Virus record (IMG/VR): IMGVR_UViG_3300043811_000165
Location: 1-59,868 of that record
From: a virus
Lineage: Duplodnaviria; Caudoviricetes
Strand: one strand, 5' to 3'
Length of the DNA stretch: 59,868 bases
Shown piece by piece: positions 1-10,701 of the stretch. The notes under the pieces are model-generated. The model ran no database searches. It was not told the DNA's origin and saw only the letters and a list, made by a program, of their open reading frames with translations. How positions within the stretch are numbered: position 1 is the stretch's first letter; the number at the start of each line of letters is the position of its first letter. The translations under genes were made by a program, and so were the position numbers.

Positions 1-585
1 ATAGTATGGGCTCTCGGGCAGCAAATTCTTCATATACTTGTCTTGGCTTATTAGATCGAGAGCAACGCCATAGCCAAGCAGTTGCGAGTCTGCGAGTAGA
101 TGAACTAGATCTTTGTAAAGGGCCTTATTCTCCGGATGAGGGAAGCTAGAAAATTCTCCGTAATCAGATTCGCATTCGGCGGCATGGAAACAAACCTTTT
201 CACCAGTCGCTGGATTAGTAGGCAAGCGATTGCGCCATTTTATTTCCAGAGCATTCCCACTGATGCTGTTCACCAAATACCGCGCCTACCGCGAAGACTC
301 TTTGATGGGTTTCGTCGCTGCTTTCGTCACCAAATGCACTTACCACGTATATCACTCCTTTGCGGCGGCGGGCAGCCGCAATAGAAGCCAGAGTGACCGT
401 AGATTGTCTGATGGAGGCAGGCATGATACACTACTCCTAGCCCACCGGAAAGGGCCTCAACGCTGAATCGGTCGCCAAACTAAGCCAGCGTCGAACCGCT
501 CACCTAAAAAATCAAACTCTAACTTCTCAGTTGGAGTGTACCACGGTTTGGTAAGCCAGCGATATTATTACCCAAATCATGCGGC

Positions 586-957
586 TCAATCCACTCCGTA
601 CACTTTCTCCAATTCCGTTTCTACCGGCCAATGATCCGGACACATCAGCAGATCATCATCTACTTCTCTCTGGTGATCGTCACACACTGCATTTCCACAC
701 GGGTGAATTTCCATTCGTAAACATGGAAGCCTCACGTTCACCGACCGCACGATGACCGAGCGTTTCTCACCCGCCAATTTTAAGACTGCGTAGTCGTCGC
801 CATTCACATGCACTTTTTTCACTGGGCGATAAATCAGCGTCAGATCGTCTCGCACCAGGTCCAGTTCTTCGATCTCATCCGGGAACACGATGCGCGGGTC
901 TGGTGTTTTGAAGGTGCATACCGAGGTCGCTGGTTTCAGACAGAAGTGGCAACGCAT
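586..957 (-). CDS. Hypothetical Cys-rich (putative Zn-binding) protein
   Basis: ATG directly after the GAGG of a repeat; CxxC and C..CxxH..CxxH motifs. Confidence 0.6.
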   Translation of the reverse strand: MRCHFCLKPATSVCTFKTPDPRIVFPDEIEELDLVRDDLTLIYRPVKKVHVNGDDYAVLKLAGEKRSVIVRSVNVRLPCLRMEIHPCGNAVCDDHQREVDDDLLMCPDHWPVETELEKVYGVD

Positions 958-967
958 TTTTGTGGCC

Positions 968-1402
968 TCATCCGGCTTGTGGCTTCGCTTCCGATTGTTT
1001 CCGTTCGACCAGGAGAAGTTTTAGTTCGACCTGGGACAAGCGCGCATCGACATCGATCATTGCCCGTTTTACTTCGGACGCCACAAATCGCGGAAGCCGG
1101 TCCCGTAACTTCCCGAACCCAGCGCCGTTATGATGAAAGTCGTCTTTGCATTGCTTCGAATGAAACATCTGATTGACCTTGATCTGCTTAAAGATCACCG
1201 GGCAGTTTTTACAGCGTACGGTTTTCAATTCCGGGTTCTTGGGAACTCGTTTGCGCGCGCTGTGACGCTTCGCCGCCGCTTTTGGGGTGCCTGACATAGC
1301 CTCCAGCCTAACACAACCCGTAGCGCTCACGCAAACCAGCGCCACGGCAGTTTTAAAACCAGCACGGGCATTTAGTTTCGGTAAATATTTCCATTTAGCC
1401 AT
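968..1402 (-). CDS. Hypothetical protein with Zn-finger-like motif; C-terminus encoded by a repeat
   Basis: CKNC...HSKQC motif; ends LLLVER..EAKPQAG inside the repeat. Confidence 0.5.
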   Translation of the reverse strand: MAKWKYLPKLNARAGFKTAVALVCVSATGCVRLEAMSGTPKAAAKRHSARKRVPKNPELKTVRCKNCPVIFKQIKVNQMFHSKQCKDDFHHNGAGFGKLRDRLPRFVASEVKRAMIDVDARLSQVELKLLLVERKQSEAKPQAG

Positions 1403-1564
1403 CCGGTTTTGATTTTTTCTTCAAGATCCCGGACGATGGCGGCGTTCTCATCGGCCGTCCGCTTCGGTGTTCCGGCGATCCGCGTCGGCTTCGGGGACTT
1501 CATCCGCAACGTGCTCCACAGTCGGTCTTGTGCTTTTCGAAATTTCAAGTCCTGTTCGGTGCGA

Positions 1565-2581
1565 CTAGATTCTTTCGAGTAAGTCATGAGCGAGTTTCCT
1601 TTCTTCGGCTGTTGATTTGGGATCGGCCAGTGTGTCTTCGGCTAGTTTGCGGCTGCGCGCAATGTCGCGCTCCGCGTGTTGCAACTGGCCGTTAAGAGAT
1701 TTTCTTGCCGCGAGCAATGGGGCTCCACTGAGCATTTTCGGAATACTGGTGAGCAGCAACCCGGCCCAGTTCGTCACACTACCCCGCATTTGAGATTTTT
1801 TCATCCGGCCGAGTTCGATCAGTTCGAGAGTCGTGATCGCCGGTTCGATCTTTTTTGATTTCGCCAATAACTTCCCCGCCGCGTCGTCGTCCAGCCCGAG
1901 CGCTATTCCAAGTTCCCGAACAGACGACGACGGAGATTCCGGGTTGAAAACAGAATTTGAACCTGCCGTAGTGTTCGGTGTTATAGGCGGGGTCAAGGCG
2001 GGGTCTAGGTCAAGGCGGGGTCTAGGTCTCGCCACGGATTGCGTTTTTGTGCGCACGGTTTGGCGATCCGTGCGCACGGTTTGGCGATCCGTGCGCACGG
2101 CATGCGCACGTTTGGAGTTTTCATACTCCAAAATCGCCTTTTCCTTTGAAATCTTATAATCCTCATAAAACTCGCGAAGTGGTTCCCTCTCTCTGGCAAA
2201 AAACCGAGACAATTTTGGGACCTCTAGAATGGTTTCTCCAGGGGCTCCCTGGCGTACAAAAAACTCCCGTCTGCGGGCGATTCTCATGTGAACTCCATCG
2301 TCGGCATGATCCGGCCAGTCGTGAACGATCAGACGATGCTGTTTACTCACGTCTATCCAGCCGCAATCAATCAACGCCGTGATCATTTTTTGTTCGTCGC
2401 CGTGGTAGTCGATGGCGATAGCGATGTCTTCGTCCGACAGTTTGCCGATGTCGCCGCGCGGAGTCTCCCGAGCCGTGACGTGCCAGATAGATTCGAGCAG
2501 TCCTATTGCCTGCCATAGTTCCAGATTCAGCTTGCGGCAGAGCCGCTTCATTTTGGAATGGTGAACCGCTTCGCGCTTCAT
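1565..2581 (-). CDS. Putative phage replication initiator (N-terminal winged-helix type)
   Basis: N-terminus KMKRL..AIGLLESIWH..GDIGKLSDEDIA..LIDCGWID..LIVHDW resembles phage replication proteins; central low-complexity linker carries DNA direct repeats. Confidence 0.6.
   Translation of the reverse strand: MKREAVHHSKMKRLCRKLNLELWQAIGLLESIWHVTARETPRGDIGKLSDEDIAIAIDYHGDEQKMITALIDCGWIDVSKQHRLIVHDWPDHADDGVHMRIARRREFFVRQGAPGETILEVPKLSRFFAREREPLREFYEDYKISKEKAILEYENSKRAHAVRTDRQTVRTDRQTVRTKTQSVARPRPRLDLDPALTPPITPNTTAGSNSVFNPESPSSSVRELGIALGLDDDAAGKLLAKSKKIEPAITTLELIELGRMKKSQMRGSVTNWAGLLLTSIPKMLSGAPLLAARKSLNGQLQHAERDIARSRKLAEDTLADPKSTAEERKLAHDLLERI
1986..2110. repeat. Iteron-like direct repeats inside the replication gene (candidate origin)
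   Basis: GTGCGCACGGTTTGGCGATCC x2.5 (2049-2100), a further TGCGCACG at 2103, and GGTCAAGGCGGGGTCTA x2 plus a partial copy (1986-2028). Confidence 0.75.
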
Positions 2582-2909
2582 CCGTTCCAGCCCTCGTTTG
2601 AAGTCGGAAAGGCGCGCGGTATTTCAGAAGTCATCAACACTCTCCAGCAAGAGTTCGGGACCGATGTGCTGGCACCGGTCCCGTGGAACCTATCTCCACT
2701 TGTCGGGGATCAGCCGACGATTTGAGTATAACGTACTGCGGGAGAGACTGTATCACAGTTTTCGATTGGTTTGGCGCTTTCCTCGGCTCCGCTGAACTTC
2801 CGGGATTTTTGATCGTGCGCGCTCAGAGCAAGAAAGTACCACTCCTGGTCGAACGCGAATCTCGTAGACTTGCAAACCGGACCCCGATGAGGCTAAAATA
2901 TGCGAGCCA

Positions 2910-3512
2910 ATGTCCCTCAAGCCCGACTCGATCATCGATTTATCACACTGGAACATCGTCCAGAACTTCACCGAAGTGGCCAAATCCGGCGTCTCCGCAG
3001 TGATCCACAAAGCAAGCCAGGGAGTGACGATGGACCCGCGTTACATGAGCCGCGAATTTCAAGCGAAAAACAGAGGTCTGCTTTGGGGCGCCTACCACTT
3101 CGGAGTCCAGGGACACGATCCGGTTCAGCAGGCGGATTGGTTTCTCGGAGTCGCAGGCCGATCAAAAGTTCTGGCACTCGACTGGGAATGGAACAACGCG
3201 GACACAATGACGGGCAACCAGGCGGCGGCGTTCGTTGCGCGCGTGCAGCAAAAAACCGGACGCTGGCCCTTGATCTACACTTCGGCGGCGTTCCTTGCTT
3301 CGATTCCGCGGCTGGTCGACCCGGTGCTTTTAAATTGCGAGTTGTGGCTCACCGGTTTTACGCCGTCGCCGGTGATTCCTCAGCAGTGGGCGACGAAGGG
3401 CTATCGGATATGGCAGCACGGATTGGGAAGTGTATCGGGGATTCAGGGACAGGTGGATCTGGATACATTCAATGGGACGGGGGAGGAGTTGGTAGCGTAC
3501 TTTGGCTCGTAA
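2910..3512 (+). CDS. GH25 family lysozyme (endolysin)
   Basis: IDLSHWN, KASQG, GAYHF, LDWE, IYTS, IWQH, VDLDTFNG motifs. Confidence 0.93.
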   Translation: MSLKPDSIIDLSHWNIVQNFTEVAKSGVSAVIHKASQGVTMDPRYMSREFQAKNRGLLWGAYHFGVQGHDPVQQADWFLGVAGRSKVLALDWEWNNADTMTGNQAAAFVARVQQKTGRWPLIYTSAAFLASIPRLVDPVLLNCELWLTGFTPSPVIPQQWATKGYRIWQHGLGSVSGIQGQVDLDTFNGTGEELVAYFGS

Positions 3513-4071
3513 AAATACCCGGACCGTTTTCAGTCGATCCAGGTTAGAGTTTCACTTCGGAGGAATTTTCTTTGCGGGGATAGTGTAGACGATGTTTTGG
3601 CCTCCGTCAAGTCCGGTCTTGCGCTTCAGTACTGGATCGCCCGACCAGGAGGGGGTTTGGGAGCCGGGTACACGAAGCGGATCGGAAACCAGTCGCACGT
3701 CGTGTTGGTCGAGATCTCTTCGCCGATGAACTTCCGGCAGAATCCAAAATGCCCACAGGTCGAACAAGTTTGGCCCTCAGGTAGTTTCTTCGTCGAATAA
3801 AATAACTATCAGAGCCGTTGCGTTCTCTGCGGGTACCCGAAAGATGCCCACTTGTCGGATGGTCGTTGTTCAAGGGATGTAGTGTTGGTCGCTGTGACTC
3901 ACAGCGCCGCTCCAATTTCGATGTGCCGCCAGTATTGATCGATCCAAAACCGACCGCGCCACGACACGCCCCATGCGGATCTATTCCTGAACTCGATGTG
4001 TGCGAACCAATCGATGTGCGCCGCTTCGAATCTTTCCAAACGATTGATCGACTGATAGGCCGGTTCGTAAG

Positions 4072-4485
4072 TCACTGCACCCTCCCCGCCGTCCCGAACA
4101 GTTCATCATCCCCCAGATATTCCGCCGCCGTGTCCCGCAAAATCTGTTCCTCCTGTTTTTTCGACGGCTTCACGTAGCCCATCGGATTCGAGCGGTCGAT
4201 GACCGGACGTGCGGCGCGCGGGTTGTTCAAATAATTCGCGAGAGCCGGATCGACCACGGCGCGCGGAGACTTGGTGACCTTCGGCTGCACACCCTCGACG
4301 CCGTCCATGAATGCGTTCAGGAACCGCGCCACGCGACGAAGGCCTGCGAGATAGACCACGGCCGCGATCGACGCCACGGCGAGCGCAGCGCCCAGCCACA
4401 GCATATTGGCGGGCCGTCCACCGGCGAGGACGACGGCGAGCGCTGAGAAGATCGAGCCGGCGAGGAAGGCGAGGGAGAGTTTCAC
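4072..4485 (-). CDS. Hypothetical membrane protein
   Basis: Two N-terminal hydrophobic helices; coupled to 4482..4700. Confidence 0.65.
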   Translation of the reverse strand: MKLSLAFLAGSIFSALAVVLAGGRPANMLWLGAALAVASIAAVVYLAGLRRVARFLNAFMDGVEGVQPKVTKSPRAVVDPALANYLNNPRAARPVIDRSNPMGYVKPSKKQEEQILRDTAAEYLGDDELFGTAGRVQ

Positions 4486-4700
4486 AGCCGCACCCCCATC
4501 TTCGCGGCCAGTTCAGTCCCCGCACCATTCGGAGGATTGCGGCCGGGTTCACCGTGCGCCTGCCAGAGCAGCCGGGCGATAGCGCGGAATTTTGCGCCAT
4601 ATTCAGCGGGGACGTTAAAATCTTCGCCCGCGTGATGTGCCATCGCGAAGGCCTGCTGTAAAAGTTCTCTGTTAACCGATGTGAAAGTGACGTTCTTCAT
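4482..4700 (-). CDS. Hypothetical protein
   Basis: ORF with 4-nt overlap to the downstream gene. Confidence 0.55.
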   Translation of the reverse strand: MKNVTFTSVNRELLQQAFAMAHHAGEDFNVPAEYGAKFRAIARLLWQAHGEPGRNPPNGAGTELAAKMGVRL

Positions 4701-5001
4701 ACTTCTGATTATGCGGGCAGAGTCCCGCTGTTCAAATAGTCCGGAGGTACTGTTTTAAAGCAAAAAGGACCTTAGGACGGGTCTAGGGTATCCCTTTAAC
4801 ATCACAGCAATCGATATCACGGAAGACCGGTTCACGGCTGTCGATTTCGACTTGTATCAGTGCGTCAAACTTCTCATCGATAGGAATTTTTACGCGAGTC
4901 GGATCGAACATCACCTGAAGATCATGGCTCGAATACAGCGTGAAACATCGATGGGTCAGCCCAAGGCAACCAACCTAGCAACTCAAAACCTTCTTGCGCT
5001 G

Positions 5002-5211
5002 TCATCGCTGGCACCTCGGACACAATACCACCGGATCGTCGTCTTCGTCGAATGCGGTTTTGAACTGCCAGCCGGATCTGGTTGCCGCAGTGTCTGCTTC
5101 CCGGATGTTTTTGAAACTGGATATTTCTTTTGAATCAGCGTGACGCGGTTCGCCGTCTGAGCCCAAGAAGCGCCGGCATCTGTCGCAGCCTATGGAGATG
5201 GAGCCTTTCAT
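5002..5211 (-). CDS. Small Zn-ribbon-like phage protein
   Basis: CDRC...GW...LCPRC; ATG right after a repeat RBS. Confidence 0.65.
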   Translation of the reverse strand: MKGSISIGCDRCRRFLGSDGEPRHADSKEISSFKNIREADTAATRSGWQFKTAFDEDDDPVVLCPRCQR

Positions 5212-6633
5212 GATTTGGCCTCAGTCTGCTCCGCACTTCGCGTCGGATTCGGATCGTTCGACCAGGAGAGAGGCCCGAGACAATTCGGACCAGAAATGGT
5301 CACAGTTGGCCACGTAGACCGGGGAAAAGTTTCGCTCATGTTCTGCAATTTGTTTATCGAGCGCATGGACCGGATCTTCATCCGGCAGCCCGCAACGCAG
5401 GCACCTGTGATCCTCGCCCTCCCGGACGTCAGCAACATGCGGCATCGTCATCCAAAACCGCCATTGCCGGTTGTCCGCCAAAACCTCTCCTGGTCGAACA
5501 GTAGAGACTGCGGGCGACGACTGTGTTCGAAATGTTTCCTTGATCGTTTCCGCAATCTGATCGATCATTCTCGATCTGAATCCTCCCGGGCATGGACGGT
5601 CTGGATTGGGGAACCCGCCATATATTTTGTGCGCTGCTGCGTAGGCGGCGACTTCCAACTGATAGGGGGTCATGGTTTGGCCTCGCCCGGTTGTGCGGCT
5701 TGTTCGGGTGTGGACTTCTCGACAGCGCCCATGTGTCTGCTGGCCATGGTGACATCGAAACTTGCGCTTACACACTCTCCAGGTCTTAGGACGATGGAAG
5801 GTTTGAGCCCTCGCCGCGCTTCTTCTTCTCTGAGTACCTCCATCATATCGCGCGCTTCGTTCGCCACCGCATATTTGCGCAGGGCGCGTTCGATCTGAGT
5901 CTCACTGAAACCTGTTCCAGCCCATTCTTTTCTGCCCACCAACAAAAGCCACCTTTCGAACCCCAGTGGATTTTTCCCATACCCGCCGTAGATGCTTCCG
6001 TTGTGTGATCCGACCGCGCAAGCCAGCAACCAGGGGCTGAGTTTCGAAGTGATTTGTTCTGCGTTCTGGGGTACTCCTCCTGATCGAACGGAATCGTACC
6101 GACGCACAAGCCACATGCCGAATGAGGCTAAAATATTGCGCATTTAAAACCTCCTCTGTTCCGGCAACTCATCAAAATAAGTTCTGATGTCGTAATCGCA
6201 AAGCGGTGTTCCATCTTCCTGGACCACCCGCAAGCGATCCCCCACCACAAGCGCACGCCCGGCGAGAGAACGGCGCATCCACTGGTCGAAACTGGTCCAA
6301 TCCTCCGTGACGATCATCGCCAGAGTGAAAAAGAGCAGGCAGGTTGGGAAGATCTGCAAAAATACGTCAAACATGGGGTTCCTCGATTGCCGAAAGAATC
6401 CGGCGCCGGATGCGAAGGAACCGCGCGTGCCGGTCTTCGTAGCCGTAGATCATCTCGATAAATCCGATGCAGAAGGGAAACGCGATCAGAAAGTCGATTA
6501 ACATGCTGCCTCCAAAACCATCGTACGCCTGACCGGTGTTTTGGTGAAATGGAGCGGAGGTACTGTTTTCGGGCGGGATTCGCCTTAGGGCTGTTTCTAA
6601 GGTGTCTGGTACTCACAGATCTTCAGTACTGTA

Positions 6634-6662
6634 TTGACGCGGGGCAATTGTTTCACTACACT
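6634..6662 (+). promoter_or_regulatory. Sigma70-type promoter
   Basis: TTGACG-N17-TACACT at a strand switch, upstream of the long + strand gene array. Confidence 0.6.
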
Positions 6663-6736
6663 ACGGATTCGCTATATTGGCCTCATCGCAGTCGGGTTCT
6701 TCAACCGAAGCATTGAGCGTTCGACCAGGAGAAGTT

Positions 6737-7336
6737 TTGGAACAAAAACGAAGAGGCGACTGGATTCAAACCTTCACTGGGCTTTCGATGTTCCCCCTTG
6801 ATCCGCGACTCGAAGAGATCACGATTGAGGATATTGCCCATGCTCTTTCGAACATTTGCCGGTTCACCGGGCACGTTCGTACTTTCTATTCAGTCGCTGA
6901 ACATTCGGTGCGCGTGAGCTGGGCTTGTGAAATTGAAAACGCGATGTGGGGTCTTCTCCACGATGCGTCAGAGGCTTATCTGTCGGACATCAGTCGGCCG
7001 ATGAAACGAACTTCTGATTTCGGCAAACTCTACATGGAAGCCGAACAGGTGTTGATGTCGACGATCTGTGCGAAGTTCGGCCTGCCTCCAGAATGCCCCG
7101 CCGACGTGAAGCTGAGCGATAACCGGATGTTGGTTACTGAAAAACGAGATCTCTTAGGACCATGTAACCGGCAGTGGGAAAAACAGGATGTCGCGGTCAA
7201 GCCGTATGAAGGACGGATCATTCCGCAGAGCCCGGAGACGGCAGAGCGTCTTTTCTTAGAACGATTTCGTCAGATCGGTACAAAACCTCTCGTGGTCGAA
7301 CGCTCTAAACCCGAAGTGAAAACTGAATCCGAATGA
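6737..7336 (+). CDS. HD-domain phosphohydrolase (YfbR-like 5'-deoxynucleotidase type), carried between inverted repeats
   Basis: DIAHALSNICRFTGH..YSVAEHS..LLHDASEAY; TTG start after the repeat AGGAG; stop inside the closing repeat. Confidence 0.85.
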   Translation: MEQKRRGDWIQTFTGLSMFPLDPRLEEITIEDIAHALSNICRFTGHVRTFYSVAEHSVRVSWACEIENAMWGLLHDASEAYLSDISRPMKRTSDFGKLYMEAEQVLMSTICAKFGLPPECPADVKLSDNRMLVTEKRDLLGPCNRQWEKQDVAVKPYEGRIIPQSPETAERLFLERFRQIGTKPLVVERSKPEVKTESE

Positions 7337-7346
7337 GGCCAAATTA

Positions 7347-7601
7347 ATGAGTGCATCTTTACGCTACAACCCCGAACACACAGCATTTGAAGTAACCGTC
7401 GGAGACAATGTATGGGCGCAGGAGATCGACGCCAACGACGAATCGGTCATGCTCCACCACGACGGCGGCTGCTACGTGGTCACGATGGATGACGCGCAAC
7501 TCGAAGGACTGGACCCGAACGCGGTTTATGAACTGCGGAAAGTCACCACGGTCGTCAAGCCGGATGGAGAATTCGAATACGACAAGTTGGATGCGAACTG
7601 A
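7347..7601 (+). CDS. Hypothetical acidic protein
   Basis: Fills the space between two repeats. Confidence 0.7.
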   Translation: MSASLRYNPEHTAFEVTVGDNVWAQEIDANDESVMLHHDGGCYVVTMDDAQLEGLDPNAVYELRKVTTVVKPDGEFEYDKLDAN

Positions 7602-8004
7602 TATGTTGGCCTCATCGAGCAGCGAGGGACGCGCACCTGAAAGCGTTCGACCAGGAGAGGAAACTGTCGAATGGACGCGGCTTAAAAACGGGTCCTGGTT
7701 GGGATGCTCCGGCTCTCAAATACTTTGTATCGTCGACAAACTCGAGGATTTTCCGGTAGAGGGATGGACCCCTCAATGCTTCCGGGATGTGTTCACCACT
7801 CCCGAAGCCGCGATGGTTGCAGGAGAACTGCTGTTACGATCCATCCGGCATCAACAGGAGGAAACGACCACGCCTCCGATTTCGTGGGTGGATATTTATC
7901 TCCCAATTCTGAAAAGCGTTGTGGCCGCGCTTGAAGACAAGTCGCTCCTGGCCGGGCGCTCCACGTCCAACGAAACCCAAAAGCCGACGGAGGCCAAATC
8001 ATAA

Positions 8005-8154
8005 ATGCCTCTGGACATCGAAACCATCGTCGATCAATCGGTACTACGGTTCAAAACCTCCCTCGGCTGGAAAGCTTCCTTCATCGACCCGGAAGACGTG
8101 GAGAATTACAAGGCGGAAATCAGGCGGGTGATTAAGGAGGCACGCAAACCGTGA
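8005..8154 (+). CDS. Small hypothetical protein (49 aa, not in ORF track)
   Basis: MPLDIETIVDQ...EARKP; ATG after a repeat, TGA just before the next repeat. Confidence 0.55.
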   Translation: MPLDIETIVDQSVLRFKTSLGWKASFIDPEDVENYKAEIRRVIKEARKP

Positions 8155-8524
8155 TGCCGCTGGCCTCATCGCAGTCGAGTCTTCGCGTTGGGCATCCTGC
8201 CGTTCGACCAGGAGAGGCCGTAGATCGCCCGCTCACATTCAAACCGGGACATCTCGGGAGGGGCGGAGAATTGTTGCTGCTCGGGCGGCGAGACAAATTG
8301 TGTTCGGAGTGCCACAAACCATTCGTCTCGGCAACAGCGAACCAAAAAACGTGTACTCCGGAATGCTCCGAAGCCCGCGAGAAACGAATGAAAAAAGCGT
8401 CGAGAACCCGCGAACGAGTCAATCGGAATCTGCCCAAACCAAAACGCGGTCGTCCACCAAAGGCGCTCCTGGTCGAACGGAAACCGCCGATGCGCAGCAC
8501 GCTGCCGAATGAGGCCAAAACAAA

Positions 8525-8917
8525 ATGCCGGTAGCGCTCACCCGCCATCTACCGGGCAAAGCCACGATGCGCGACGAATTCGGACAGGTGCGTTTCGAAT
8601 ATGGCATCGTCGCCGAAGTTGGCAAAGATTCTATCTTGATCAAAACCGGCTCGAAGGAAATCGGGCAGGCGGTAGATCATGGATATCTCCGGCTCATCGG
8701 GGAAACGTACATTTACTGGTGTCCCAAATGTCAGACCAACGTATGGGAAGTAGAGCGGCTACGATCGCGGGGTGCTTGCCCGCATTGTAGTCAGGGGCTC
8801 TGGGCGCTACAGGCTGGAGATCGGGTAAGGCTTCATTACCGGATATCCGTAGGAAAGAATGCCGAAGGGCAGATTGTTTCAGGCGGGGGAGCGTGGTGGG
8901 GAGAGAAGGTAGTTTGA
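8525..8917 (+). CDS. Hypothetical protein with Zn ribbon
   Basis: CPKC...CPHC; fills the inter-repeat space. Confidence 0.7.
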   Translation: MPVALTRHLPGKATMRDEFGQVRFEYGIVAEVGKDSILIKTGSKEIGQAVDHGYLRLIGETYIYWCPKCQTNVWEVERLRSRGACPHCSQGLWALQAGDRVRLHYRISVGKNAEGQIVSGGGAWWGEKVV

Positions 8918-8983
8918 TGATTTGGCCTCATCGGGTTTGAGGCTTCGACCGGAGTTTTGATCGTTCGACCAGGAGGGGTTTTT

Positions 8984-9184
8984 GTGAAGCGCAAAACAAG
9001 ATTCAATATTATCCGAGCTTTGGAGTTTACGTGCGGCTGGATCGGAGGCCGTTACTTTCATGACGACTGGAGATTTATTCTAGTCCTGATTCCGTTCGCA
9101 ATAGTGTTTGCATATCTGCTCAGAGTCCCAGAACCACTCCTGGTCGAACGCTCCGAAACCGACGCGCAGACCGTTTCCGACTGA
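8984..9184 (+). CDS. Small membrane protein (cassette cargo)
   Basis: GTG after AGGAGG; one TM; ends in a repeat. Confidence 0.55.
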   Translation: MKRKTRFNIIRALEFTCGWIGGRYFHDDWRFILVLIPFAIVFAYLLRVPEPLLVERSETDAQTVSD

Positions 9185-9193
9185 GGCCAAAAC

Positions 9194-9691
9194 ATGGAAC
9201 CCATCACACCCCTAGAACCCCAAAACTTCAGCCTCCCGCCCGGCCAGCGCGGAACCGAAACAATGAACCCCGACTCAGTCGAATTCGTGGATCACAAAAC
9301 CATCGCCGCATTGAACGGAATGCCGCCGGGCGAGACTGCCGAGAAACTGACGTTCCTTGAAAAAGAGTGGGACGACTGGACCGTCGACAATGCGCACGAT
9401 GTTGAAGTATGGCCGATCGAAGCATTCCGCATCCTTCGACTTCAAGTCCGCGAACTGGCCTTGGCCTACTCAACCGAAGTCGCCGGCAAGCGGGCGCTCG
9501 CAATTCAGGCGGACATCGGCACAATGCACATTGAGAACCAGCGACTACAAGCGCAGTTCCGCAGGTTCATGCAGCAACATTTCGAGGAAGATGTTCTGAA
9601 CGGAGAAGGCCGGAATCTGACTATTTTTGAGATGGCGCAGGATATCATGCTTCGAGCAAAGCCGAAGTGGTTTGAGTTTTGGAGGCGATGA
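9194..9691 (+). CDS. Hypothetical protein
   Basis: Fills the inter-repeat space; C-terminal KPKWFEFWRR. Confidence 0.7.
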   Translation: MEPITPLEPQNFSLPPGQRGTETMNPDSVEFVDHKTIAALNGMPPGETAEKLTFLEKEWDDWTVDNAHDVEVWPIEAFRILRLQVRELALAYSTEVAGKRALAIQADIGTMHIENQRLQAQFRRFMQQHFEEDVLNGEGRNLTIFEMAQDIMLRAKPKWFEFWRR

Positions 9692-9755
9692 TGGTTTGGC
9701 CTTTTAGCGCACGGTGGCTTCGGGGTGCAGTCGTGCGTACGACCAGGAGGGGTTT

Positions 9756-9980
9756 ATGAGCACATCCTGGACCAACCTACACGGCTATTGGGCTTTTTCG
9801 GTTTACGGAGTAGAGCGTGGTAGCGTTTCTAGAATCTTTAGGAAGGTCGGCGGTGAGGGCTACATCGCAGAATATGAAGCATTCGTAAAAGGTCAGTTTG
9901 ATTCCCTCCGCGATGCAAAGGTCGCTGTCGAGAAGGCCCATGCGGAACAAGCCGAAACGACGAACGAGGCCAAAACATGA
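9756..9980 (+). CDS. Hypothetical cargo protein
   Basis: ATG after AGGAGG; ends EAKT with ATGA overlap. Confidence 0.65.
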   Translation: MSTSWTNLHGYWAFSVYGVERGSVSRIFRKVGGEGYIAEYEAFVKGQFDSLRDAKVAVEKAHAEQAETTNEAKT

Positions 9981-10153
9981 CCTGCCCCGCCTGCATCGTT
10001 CAGCGATTTCACTCCGCTGAAGACTGGAACAATCATCCATTGGCCGGTCACGGCTACACCCGCGAACAAGGCTGGTCGCACCCCGATCTGAAGGCCGCTG
10101 TCGAGAAGGCCAAAGCCGAACAAGTGGCAGTGTCGAACGAGGCCAAATCATGA
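9977..10153 (+). CDS. Small hypothetical protein (58 aa, not in ORF track)
   Basis: MTCPAC...EAKS; ATGA overlaps at both ends. Confidence 0.6.
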   Translation: MTCPACIVQRFHSAEDWNNHPLAGHGYTREQGWSHPDLKAAVEKAKAEQVAVSNEAKS

Positions 10154-10497
10154 ACCCCATGGGGCGAACAATCCCGGTAAACCCGGAGCAGATCAAAAAC
10201 GCAATCATGCTGATTGAAGCCAAGATCGGAATGCAGCAGGAAAAACTCGCGGCGCTGACGAAGCATTCGGACATGACCCGGCGCCTCGTAACCTATCTTT
10301 CGCGCTACATCACGCACTCGCCCGAGAACGTCACACCTGGCCCGGTAAGCCTGTGGATAGGCACGCATCAGCAGCAGGAGAAAGCCGAGCGCTCCGTGAT
10401 CGAGGTGCAGATCGCGGAACTTAAAAGCCAACTTGCGGTAAACCAGTTTATACTGGAAGAGGCTCAGAATCAGGGATCGGGATTGATCACCAATTAG
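10150..10497 (+). CDS. Hypothetical coiled-coil protein
   Basis: ORF between repeats. Confidence 0.65.
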   Translation: MNPMGRTIPVNPEQIKNAIMLIEAKIGMQQEKLAALTKHSDMTRRLVTYLSRYITHSPENVTPGPVSLWIGTHQQQEKAERSVIEVQIAELKSQLAVNQFILEEAQNQGSGLITN

Positions 10498-10701
10498 CCT
10501 CATCGGACAGGTGGCTTCGCGTCGGATGTGAATCGTTCGACCAGGAGTAGGTTTGGTGGAACACGAACATTGGGTTTGGATTCTTTTAGGGGCATTGGTG
10601 GCCGCGCCGATCTGGATCGTGTTCGGGATTGTGCTATGGGTCAAGTGGATAGGCAGGCGGCTGCATGATCTGTTTCGCGACATGATTTTGAACTGGCCAA
10701 A

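Noticed and set aside
1-573. Possible right end of another IS1595-like insertion (lower GC, ends GATATTATTACCC)
   Set aside because: The partner end and TSD would lie outside the window, so this cannot be supported.
8922-9190. Pair-specific long-range RNA stems or introns between partner repeats
   Set aside because: In this pair, compared by eye, the variable filler is not complementary beyond the family consensus.
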